NCBI GenBank assembly: GCA_027460535.1 | Contig: JAPZAR010000034.1 | Span: 1,945 to 33,944, forward strand | DNA: 32,000 bases | Origin: Candidatus Methanoperedens sp. | Lineage (GTDB): Archaea > Halobacteriota > Methanosarcinia > Methanosarcinales > Methanoperedenaceae | Direction: 5' to 3' | In this document: piece after piece, positions 8,609-15,240 of the stretch | How the letters are laid out: the number at the start of each line of letters is the position of its first letter | Numbering within the stretch: the first letter of the stretch is position 1 | Translations under genes and position numbers: made by a program | Notes under the pieces: model-generated | The model's input: the letters and a program-made list of their open reading frames with translations, nothing else | Database searches by the model: none | Told to the model about the DNA's origin: nothing

Positions 8609-8988
8609 GTACATCGGAACTTTTGAAAAACAGAGCTATGTTTGAAGAGAAATTGAGGAAATTGATCGGCAGGCCCATACTTTTGATAGAGCTTGATATG
8701 TTTGCGCTGCCCTGTGGGTGTGCCGGGATAACCGCGAACACAAGAGGGCTTGAGGTGGACGACCTTGAGGTGTTCGAGCCGCAGCTTTTGCCATATCTGC
8801 GGGAAATGGCGGCAAACCTTGAAGTTAAACCAACGGCGACATTCGCGCGCATCGTGCCGGGAAGTTCGATTGTGGCTTCGCTCAACTGGCGCACGCTCTG
8901 TACAAGGTGCTATCCAGATTTTGCACGAGGTGAGGGGAAGATGCCGAGACCTGATTTGTATCTGCTGCAGTTTGAGAGAAGGAAATAA
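8605..8988 (+). CDS. Hypothetical protein, translationally coupled to the U32 gene
   Basis: 127 aa. Its ATG overlaps the U32 stop (ATGA at 8605-8608). It contains CGC and CxxC cysteines. I recognise no family. Confidence 0.55.
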   Translation: MSTSELLKNRAMFEEKLRKLIGRPILLIELDMFALPCGCAGITANTRGLEVDDLEVFEPQLLPYLREMAANLEVKPTATFARIVPGSSIVASLNWRTLCTRCYPDFARGEGKMPRPDLYLLQFERRK

Positions 8989-9043
8989 TTTTCTGCCTCC
9001 GGAATTACCTATAATGCATAATAATGAATGGAACTTATGAATA

Positions 9044-10255
9044 TCATGCAGAAGGTTTTGATTGTTTGTGATAAAGCTTGTTTATATCTTGGGCAACTAC
9101 TTCTAAAGCACGGGCACTTGGGTGTAATATTGGTGCAACTTCGAGATGTGATAAGCTATCTCGATAACTAATTCCAAATTCAAACATATTTTTATCCAGT
9201 TTTGTAATAATTTCTTTATTTACAAGCCAGTCGAGAAGTTCGTTCATTGAACAAGGAAATTTATCTCCATTGACTCTTATCTGTTCGCAACTCCAGTTCT
9301 TTTTCTTCTTGAAACCAAATTCTTGAATTTTTCTGTATGTTGGAGGGTCAATTTCAATTGATTCTTCCTTCTTATTAGTCAAAATAGCTCTGCCACCAAG
9401 CCACTCATTGTATTTATTCTTAATAGCCGATTCTAAAGCCAAGTATACATAATGGTTTGAGACTGTGAAAAAGCAGTACCTAAAGTAGCCGAATATATAC
9501 AGATATTTAGCGCAGCTGAAAACTCTCCTAACAGATTCTGGAACTGTTGGAATCAATTGGATGTCAGCGACATGTGACTGAAGGTCTTCGAGAGTCAGCT
9601 TGGAAGGTTTACCGTCTTTGTACTTAACAAAATGTTCGAAAATCTTATCTTTAGCTACAACTTCTAAAAACGGCAGGATGTTATCTCTTTTGAGACCGTA
9701 GAGAGTTTTAAAATCAATCTCATTTTCATTTTTAAATAGTTTTATTAAAGTGTCTTCTAGAATTAGGAAAATAACACTTAAGCTGTTAGCAAACTCATCT
9801 GGTCTTTTCAAAATATCAAACGGTGTAAGTTGTATATAAGAACGAGAGAAATCATCAAATGAAATTCCAACCATATTAAATTCCTTAGGTAGGTCTGAAA
9901 CGCGCTCCGACTCATTCTTATTCAATCCAAATTTTTCTTGTAGAACTTGAACCAATGATACTCTATTTTCTACATCAAATTGTCCCATGAATTCCACGGG
10001 GTTATCTCCAAATTTAGTAAAATCATATTTTATCAAGTAGCAAGCTTCATCTTTTACATTCTTGTAAATGCTTGGGTCGATTTTTAGTTCTATACATTTT
10101 ACAGCACATGGCAGTTTTGAGATAGCATTCCTTAAAGCCCTTTCATTTGGCGAAATTTCATCAATCTGGCTAAAACGATACCTCACCTCATAGGACTTTT
10201 TAAGCCTATTGAATGCTTCATGGAATACTGATTGCAATTCTACGTTACTATTCAT
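9044..10255 (-). CDS. Orphan hypothetical protein (403 aa), AT-rich, possible C-terminal HEPN-like domain
   Basis: Long clean ORF in a visibly AT-rich patch. The C-terminal third is helical, with ALESAIKNKY and ISYRDSLSHLE (Rx4H). The N-terminal 250 aa are unrecognised. Confidence 0.65.
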   Translation of the reverse strand: MNSNVELQSVFHEAFNRLKKSYEVRYRFSQIDEISPNERALRNAISKLPCAVKCIELKIDPSIYKNVKDEACYLIKYDFTKFGDNPVEFMGQFDVENRVSLVQVLQEKFGLNKNESERVSDLPKEFNMVGISFDDFSRSYIQLTPFDILKRPDEFANSLSVIFLILEDTLIKLFKNENEIDFKTLYGLKRDNILPFLEVVAKDKIFEHFVKYKDGKPSKLTLEDLQSHVADIQLIPTVPESVRRVFSCAKYLYIFGYFRYCFFTVSNHYVYLALESAIKNKYNEWLGGRAILTNKKEESIEIDPPTYRKIQEFGFKKKKNWSCEQIRVNGDKFPCSMNELLDWLVNKEIITKLDKNMFEFGISYRDSLSHLEVAPILHPSARALEVVAQDINKLYHKQSKPSA

Positions 10256-10350
10256 AATTTGCTATCTGTGTATTTTATCAGATATAACGTATCTATCGAT
10301 AAAGAGGAACAAATATAAGTTATATCAACTAATCAACCATCTTTACCTAC

Positions 10351-10728
10351 ATGCCAATAAACGTCCACCTGCGAAACGTCAATGAAAAGCTGTACAGGCT
10401 TTTCAAAAGCGCCGCTGCGAAAAGAAGCGTAAGCCTGAGCAAAGCCTTCGAGGAAGCCATCAGCGCATGGGTATCGCGTTCAGAAGAAGCATCTGAAAAG
10501 CAGGCGGAAAACGACATAACCTACAAAAAAATGAAAAAGCAGTTGGAAAAGCGGTTCTCCGGCAAGTGCGTGGTCATTGCAGACGGTAAATTCCTCGGAG
10601 CAGAAGACTCGCTGGAAAATGCATGGGCGCTGGCTTCTCATTATGAAAATGCGGTGGTGACAAGAATTACAAGAAAGCCCATGCGTGCAAAGATACTTGG
10701 GAGCTCCCTGAGAATGGCCCCTGCATAA
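10351..10728 (+). CDS. Hypothetical protein with a ribbon-helix-helix-like N-terminus
   Basis: 125 aa. The N-terminus INVHLRNVNEKLYRLFKSAAAKRSVSLSKAFEEAISAWV has a strand-helix-helix pattern. The C-terminal half (GKCVVIADGKFLGAEDSLENAWALA) resembles small archaeal DUFs. Divergent from the 403-aa orphan. Confidence 0.55.
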   Translation: MPINVHLRNVNEKLYRLFKSAAAKRSVSLSKAFEEAISAWVSRSEEASEKQAENDITYKKMKKQLEKRFSGKCVVIADGKFLGAEDSLENAWALASHYENAVVTRITRKPMRAKILGSSLRMAPA

Positions 10729-10746
10729 AGAAAAGAAACAAATTTT

Positions 10747-11307
10747 ATGGACATAACCCCTCTTCTGACAACCTTCGGTCTCATCGCGCTCGCGGAGTTC
10801 GGCGATAAAACCCAGCTCACGGTGATCGCATTATCTGCAGGATACGACAGAGTAAAAGTTTTCTCCGCAGTTATGCTTGCTTTCATATTTGTGACAGGGC
10901 TTGGGGTAATCTTTGGAAAAGCATTATATCAAATCGTGAATCCTGAAATGATAAGGATGGCAGCAGGTCTCCTGTTCGTGGCTTTTGGGATATGGATCTT
11001 TTTATCCAGAGATAAATGTGATGAAGCCAAGACCTTTCCGGTTAGAAATCCTTTTTTCTCAACGTTCAGCATGATTACCCTTGCCGAGATGGGGGATAAG
11101 ACGCAGCTTTCCGCCATTACACTCTCGGCAAAATACGATTCACCGTATCTGGTTTTCATCGGAGCTGTCCTTGCCCTCGCATCCGTAAGCCTGCTGGGAA
11201 TTATTCTTGGGAAAAAGCTGTGCGAAATAGCACCATTATCAAAAATAAAACTGGGCGCAGGGGCTTTATTTATATTCTTTGGATTGTTGTTTTTGGCCGG
11301 AGCCTGA
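10747..11307 (+). CDS. GDT1/TMEM165 (UPF0016) family cation transporter
   Basis: 186 aa, polytopic, with the duplicated signature ExGDKT (EFGDKTQL and EMGDKTQL). Confidence 0.85.
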   Translation: MDITPLLTTFGLIALAEFGDKTQLTVIALSAGYDRVKVFSAVMLAFIFVTGLGVIFGKALYQIVNPEMIRMAAGLLFVAFGIWIFLSRDKCDEAKTFPVRNPFFSTFSMITLAEMGDKTQLSAITLSAKYDSPYLVFIGAVLALASVSLLGIILGKKLCEIAPLSKIKLGAGALFIFFGLLFLAGA

Positions 11308-11394
11308 AATTCTTCAAAGAATGACTCACCCTGGCTTCCTGGCATTACAGGAACCTTTTTGTTATTAAAGAATAGTTAATCGCGTGGTGAGTTA

Positions 11395-11550
11395 ATGCAA
11401 AAATACCGATGCACGGTCTGCGGATACATATACGATCCCGAAATAGGAGACCCGCCGAGAGCCAACCCGGGAACTGCTTTTGAAGACCTGTCAGATGATT
11501 GGGTCTGCCCCGTATGTGGAGCGACCAAGGATATGTTCGAGAAGATATGA
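11395..11550 (+). CDS. rub: Rubredoxin
   Basis: Below the ORF-track size cutoff. My hand translation is [51 protein letters not shown], with two CxxCG knuckles and the canonical rubredoxin spacing. The antisense ORF 11376..11591 is spurious. Confidence 0.9.
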   Translation: MQKYRCTVCGYIYDPEIGDPPRANPGTAFEDLSDDWVCPVCGATKDMFEKI

Positions 11551-11572
11551 ATTAAACTGCATAGTCTGACCA

Positions 11573-12319
11573 TTATCTCAAATACATCCACTCATCGCCC
11601 CTGTATTTTTCACTGGCAAGCTCTTTAGCTCTATCTATCTCAATTTTGCTCCACCCGCCGAACTCCCAATCCTTCCCCTGCGTAAAAGCCTCAACAAGCG
11701 CCTCATAGACCTCCCTTTTCCCGGCATCGCAATGATTTACGATGCAAGTGACCCGCTCCTCCGCGTTCTGTATCATCTTATCGGTAATCTTCTGTTTGCT
11801 CACGTTCAGCACGCTGAACATGGTCGCAAGGTCAAGGTCATAAAGCAGAGTACCGTGCTGAAGCAATATCCCGCCCCGCCTTGTCTGAGCGCTCCCTGAA
11901 ATTTTTTTGCCCCCTGCAAGGATATCGTTTATTGGGTTGAATTCTGCCGCGATACCCACCCGCTCAAGGCCTTTAACGAGCCAGCCGCAGATAATTCTAT
12001 AAGACTCGATAATGTTCTTCGGGAACACAGTCGCCGGCACTATCACGCTGTATGTAATCTCCCCATAATGGTCGTGATATACCGCCCCGCCTCCTGTCCA
12101 CCGCCGGATGCAGTCAACACCCAGTTCCCTGCACACATCGAGGTTCACCTCATCCCTGATGCTCTGGAAATAGCCGATAGAGACGGCGCTCGGTTCCCAT
12201 GTGTAAAATCTTATGGTTGGAGGGGATGAGCCGCTCCTTATGCCTTCACTTACCGCCTCATCCAGCGCCATATTCTGGTAGGCATCATATGTTTCCAGCT
12301 CCACGACCCTCCACTTCAT
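11573..12319 (-). CDS. lplA: Lipoate-protein ligase A, catalytic (N-terminal) domain protein
   Basis: 248 aa with the BPL/LplA catalytic-domain pattern (TIRFYTWEPSAVSIGYFQ, GGGAVYHD, KKISGSAQTRRGGILLQHGTLL). Its ATG overlaps the stop of the upstream C-terminal-domain gene (ATGA). Confidence 0.85.
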   Translation of the reverse strand: MKWRVVELETYDAYQNMALDEAVSEGIRSGSSPPTIRFYTWEPSAVSIGYFQSIRDEVNLDVCRELGVDCIRRWTGGGAVYHDHYGEITYSVIVPATVFPKNIIESYRIICGWLVKGLERVGIAAEFNPINDILAGGKKISGSAQTRRGGILLQHGTLLYDLDLATMFSVLNVSKQKITDKMIQNAEERVTCIVNHCDAGKREVYEALVEAFTQGKDWEFGGWSKIEIDRAKELASEKYRGDEWMYLR

Positions 12320-12597
12320 TGCAGCGCCTCTCTGATGACAAGGGCAAGTGATTCAGGACTGACACCTATCATCTGTACATCATTAGCCTCAGCGATCTCC
12401 TGGATTTTAGAAACAATGACCCCGACGCGGCTATTTTTTTTCATGCCGACCATGCTTGTCTCTATTTTTTCAAGCATATCCTCTGGATGCATGAAAAAAT
12501 CGCCAGTGATCCTGAGCCTTTTGATATATTCATCGTATTCCACTTCCACTTTTACAAGCTTTCCTTCTTTGACCTTTTGCTTCGCAGATGAAATCAT
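12316..12597 (-). CDS. Lipoate-protein ligase C-terminal domain protein (LplB-like accessory subunit)
   Basis: 93 aa. KVKEGKLVKVEVEYDEYIKRLRITGDFFMHPED is typical of the LplA C-terminal domain. The separate-gene arrangement is as in bipartite archaeal ligases. Confidence 0.75.
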   Translation of the reverse strand: MISSAKQKVKEGKLVKVEVEYDEYIKRLRITGDFFMHPEDMLEKIETSMVGMKKNSRVGVIVSKIQEIAEANDVQMIGVSPESLALVIREALQ

Positions 12598-12659
12598 ATT
12601 TCAGAATCATCTTTAGATTCTCAAAAGACTTTATATCTTAGGTCTCAAAATGTTTACCC

Positions 12660-13322
12660 ATGGATACCGTCTCACTTCGGCGCAGGGTAGAACGGCTCAT
12701 ACATACACATTCTCGAACATATATCCCTGATATCCGTGATTCCGGCTTCTCCTGCGCACGCTGCGGATGGTGCTGCAGGGAGAATTTCATGATAAGGATA
12801 ACGCAGGATATCCTGCGTCCCTCAAATGCCATCTCGATTTTCCCCGATGACGTCAGGAGGATAATGAAAGGAACCGGATTGCTGTGGGATGATGTGGCCC
12901 AGCCTGATATCTATTCCTGCCTGTCTGTTGGGGAAAACATGCTGGCGATCGGCTGGATACTGAGGCGCAATGATGCGGGAGACTGCATCTTCTACAGGAA
13001 AAACGCATGCACGATATACGAATGGCGCCCCATGATATGCAGGTGCTATCCGTTTTTTATGAATGAACGGGGGATCGAGGTCATGCGCTGCGAGGGGCTT
13101 GGCAATAAAATTATTGAACAGACCGCTCAGGAGATCGGGTATATTGTGAAGAGGTATGAGATAAAAAAGCTGCAAAGTTACATCAGTATTATGGAACAGA
13201 TCGGGGATATGATGGATCTTGCCAATCTATGCTCACTTCCACAAGATTACCCTGGCAGTGTTCCCGTCTACGATGGAGAGTCGATAATAGCGGCGACTGT
13301 GGAACGCAAAGTTAAAGCGTGA
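12660..13322 (+). CDS. YkgJ-family (CxxCxxCC) zinc/iron-chelating cysteine-cluster protein
   Basis: 220 aa. It carries FSCARCGWCCRENF (CxxCxxCC) and a second Cys group, CTIYEWRPMICRCYP. Confidence 0.75.
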   Translation: MDTVSLRRRVERLIHTHSRTYIPDIRDSGFSCARCGWCCRENFMIRITQDILRPSNAISIFPDDVRRIMKGTGLLWDDVAQPDIYSCLSVGENMLAIGWILRRNDAGDCIFYRKNACTIYEWRPMICRCYPFFMNERGIEVMRCEGLGNKIIEQTAQEIGYIVKRYEIKKLQSYISIMEQIGDMMDLANLCSLPQDYPGSVPVYDGESIIAATVERKVKA

Positions 13323-13518
13323 TTCTCGCATACTCAAGCGCTTTTTTCGCATCGTCGATATCGAGGTTGATTTGAATTTTATACTCTTTTAATAAGTCTA
13401 TATATTCAGATATTGAAAGCCCCGCGATTTTCGCTCCAGGACCAAGACTGACTTTACCGCGTTCATAAAGCTCGATCGATTTCATTTTCCTGCCTTCATC
13501 AATCAGCTCCCGCAGCAA
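13312..13518 (-). CDS. UPF0175-family small protein (antitoxin-like)
   Basis: 68 aa. SIELYERGKVSLGPGAKIAGLSISEYIDLLKEYKIQI matches the UPF0175 pattern as I remember it. Its 3' end overlaps ykgJ by 11 nt, convergently. Confidence 0.65.
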   Translation of the reverse strand: MLRELIDEGRKMKSIELYERGKVSLGPGAKIAGLSISEYIDLLKEYKIQINLDIDDAKKALEYARITL

Positions 13519-13525
13519 TATGCTG

Positions 13526-13795
13526 TCACAAAGACAGCTCCTTTTTCAACTTATCCCATTGAACATTTTCTCCTTTAAAAGATTCTTTTTTCAATTGTTC
13601 AATCTCCTCAAGTTCTGATTTAGAAACTTCTTCCTTCGGTATGATTATGTCTTCGAAAGTCTCAAGTTTTTTTCTTACCCTTACTATTTCTTTATATACC
13701 ATTGCCAGCGAGACTTCATTTTTAGAAGATGATATTTCGGTCATGTTCAATAATTGACTTTCAAACGTTAAATTGTTTTCTTCCAATAAAATCAC
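13526..13795 (-). CDS. Small acidic helical hypothetical protein
   Basis: The track start is a GTG at 13795. An internal ATG at 13744 (MTEISSS...) is more plausible. It has a charged helical C-terminus (EEVSKSELEEIEQLKKESFKGENVQWDKLKKEL). Confidence 0.45.
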   Translation of the reverse strand: MILLEENNLTFESQLLNMTEISSSKNEVSLAMVYKEIVRVRKKLETFEDIIIPKEEVSKSELEEIEQLKKESFKGENVQWDKLKKELSL

Positions 13796-13828
13796 GGCTT
13801 CATAGAACAGGAGGTACTAAAAATATTA

Positions 13829-13903
13829 TGGGATAGCGCGGATTTGAACCGCGGTCTAAGCGTCCCAAACGCTCAAGGATGGACCAGGCTACCCTACTAT
13901 CCC
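13829..13903 (-). tRNA. tRNA-Pro (anticodon UGG)
   Basis: The reverse complement is GGGATAGTAGGGTAGCCTGGTCCATCCTTGAGCGTTTGGGACGCTTAGACCGCGGTTCAAATCCGCGCTATCCCA. The acceptor stem is GGGATAG/CTATCCC and the T-arm is CGCGG-TTCAAAT-CCGCG. The anticodon stem GAGCG/CGCTT closes the loop TTTGGGA (anticodon TGG, G37). No encoded CCA. The junction between the D and anticodon stems is slightly irregular in my hand fold. Confidence 0.85.
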
Positions 13904-13931
13904 GTCGGGCGTCTAACTAACAGCCTGATAA

Positions 13932-13939
13932 GATAAAAT
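13932..13939 (-). promoter_or_regulatory. TATA-like box upstream of tRNA-Pro
   Basis: ATTTTATC (minus-strand reading) lies 29-36 nt upstream of the mature tRNA 5' end. Confidence 0.35.
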
Positions 13940-13959
13940 CTTTACCCTCATTAAAGTAA

Positions 13960-14205
13960 TTATTCACGACATTTTTCTTTCATGCCCTGCTTTATGCCCC
14001 ACGATGCCCACATCAAACCCAGTATGGCTATCACTGCCAGAAGCACGACCAGGATAACGGCTATCTTTTGAAAAAGGCTGAATGAAGAAGCGAAGAATGC
14101 AACATAAATTATTGCAAAGATCAACCCGCCGAATAAAACTACTATGGATACAGCAACTCTTGGCGCAAGTCCCGGCGGCACTTCCCGGCTTTCATTTTGG
14201 TTCAT
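13960..14205 (-). CDS. Small two-TM membrane protein
   Basis: 81 aa with two long hydrophobic helices (VAVSIVVLFGGLIFAIIYVAFF, IAVILVVLLAVIAILGLMWA). Confidence 0.5.
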   Translation of the reverse strand: MNQNESREVPPGLAPRVAVSIVVLFGGLIFAIIYVAFFASSFSLFQKIAVILVVLLAVIAILGLMWASWGIKQGMKEKCRE

Positions 14206-14406
14206 ATATTATGCACCTCCTGCCAATCGGATTTTTATGCAATATTATCCACCACTCTTGTACAATGAACATATTTCTAAAACAGTTTCGCTCCCCAATA
14301 AGATTATATGACGGCTGAAGGAGTAATAGTTTTCGATGTAGTTAGGGACCTTTCAAATATACAACAAACCGCAGATAAACGCAGATTTGTTGCTCTTCAG
14401 AAGCGG

Positions 14407-14450
14407 GAGATGCATATTACAAAAAATTATATGCAATTTTCAGTAATATA
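14407..14450. repeat. 44-nt repeat copy A, ending 1 nt before the stop codon of gene 14452..14943
   Basis: GAGATGCATATTACAAAAAATTATATGCAATTTTCAGTAATATA aligns without gaps to 15196..15239, with 36 of 44 positions identical by my hand count. Confidence 0.65.
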
Positions 14451-14451
14451 A

Positions 14452-14943
14452 TCAGGACTCTGACGATGGCCTTTTTTCCCTCAGGCTTGCAATTGATTTT
14501 TCTATATTGGCTTTATATTCGTCTAAATAACGGACTTTGTTGATTGTACTTAAGGCTCTAATGCTTCTAATAAAACCTAACAAATAAAGTAATGTACTCA
14601 TTATACCGATTACAAAGTTAAGAATTATTACAGAATACGAATTTAACATACCGATATAACTATATCCCAAAGTTGTTAATGCGCCAGCAAGAGAGAAAAA
14701 TACCAAAACCTGCAAAATTGAAGTCGAAACCAAATATGATAACTCTTGGGAATTCGAATATTTAGATATTTCTTGAAGCTCTGACTCAAGTTCTTCTATT
14801 CTTGCTGTTGCACTACTTCTTGACCATGCAGCAATCCAATTTTTGACGATGGGTGTAACCAGGTTTCCAATTACAGATAGCAAAACCGCACCTAAGAGGG
14901 ATATTGCCCAGTTAATTTGGTTTAATAAATCGAACAAAGCCAT
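14452..14943 (-). CDS. Membrane protein (163 aa) with an N-terminal TM helix, a short coiled segment and a C-terminal TM bundle
   Basis: ATG at 14943. It has the hydrophobic helices WAISLLGAVLLSVIGNLV, ILQVLVFFSLAGALTTLGY and VIILNFVIGIMSTLLYLLGF, and the charged helix ATARIEELESELQEISKY. AT-rich, with no family recognised. Confidence 0.6.
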   Translation of the reverse strand: MALFDLLNQINWAISLLGAVLLSVIGNLVTPIVKNWIAAWSRSSATARIEELESELQEISKYSNSQELSYLVSTSILQVLVFFSLAGALTTLGYSYIGMLNSYSVIILNFVIGIMSTLLYLLGFIRSIRALSTINKVRYLDEYKANIEKSIASLREKRPSSES

Positions 14944-15195
14944 AATCTCTTCCTCGACATATGTATTACTTAAATTTCATATTAATAAACTTTTGGTTTC
15001 GATAACGAAGGAAAAGGAAAAAAGAAGAATGTACCTGCTTTTTATTGCAGTGCGCCCTATAGAAACGGTCTATTTCTGCAGATAGGTAATAGGATGCTTT
15101 GCATAATAAAATCCAACTGAGACCCTTTATGCGAAGAAGGAAAAGGAAAAAATGAGACCGTTTCAAATCGTGTGGTGAATTGAGACTATCTTTAA

Positions 15196-15239
15196 GAAAT
15201 GAATATTAAAAAAAATTATACGCAATTTCAAATAATAGA
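15196..15239. repeat. 44-nt repeat copy B, ending 1 nt before the stop codon of gene 15241..16041
   Basis: GAAATGAATATTAAAAAAAATTATACGCAATTTCAAATAATAGA sits at the same offset from its stop codon as copy A. Confidence 0.65.
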
Positions 15240-15240
15240 G

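Noticed and set aside
8574-9040. ORFs 8574..8894 (-) and 8750..9040 (+)
   Set aside because: They overlap the ATGA-coupled 8605..8988 gene in other frames. Their Arg/Ser-rich translations are typical of off-frame reads.
8996-9043. Possible third copy of the 44-nt cassette 3' repeat downstream of the 403-aa orphan (CTATAATGCATAATAATGAATGG...)
   Set aside because: It shows only scattered AT-rich similarity. There is no alignment comparable to the 36/44 match between copies A and B.
10929-11591. Minus-strand ORFs 10929..11345 (138 aa) and 11376..11591 (71 aa)
   Set aside because: The first is antisense to the GDT1 transporter. The second is antisense to the canonical rubredoxin at 11395..11550.
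14411-14435. A hairpin TGCATAT-N11-ATATGCA inside repeat copy A, considered as a possible terminator stem
   Set aside because: The arms are not complementary in copy B (TGAATAT / ATACGCA) and there is no compensatory change, so a conserved RNA stem is not supported.
14308-14451. A 47-aa plus-strand ORF (MTAEGVIVFDVV...MHITKNYMQFSVI) whose end coincides with repeat copy A, and the matching short ORF over copy B (MNIKKNYTQFQII...)
   Set aside because: The two repeat copies translate similarly, but every nucleotide difference I compared is non-synonymous. The copy-B ORF is only 24 codons long and antisense to the HNH-like gene. A non-coding repeat explains the data better.
14966-15166. A 66-aa minus-strand ORF in the inter-cassette spacer
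   Set aside because: It merely reads through the polypyrimidine repeats (FFLFLLR / FFLFLRY). I treated it as non-coding structured DNA.
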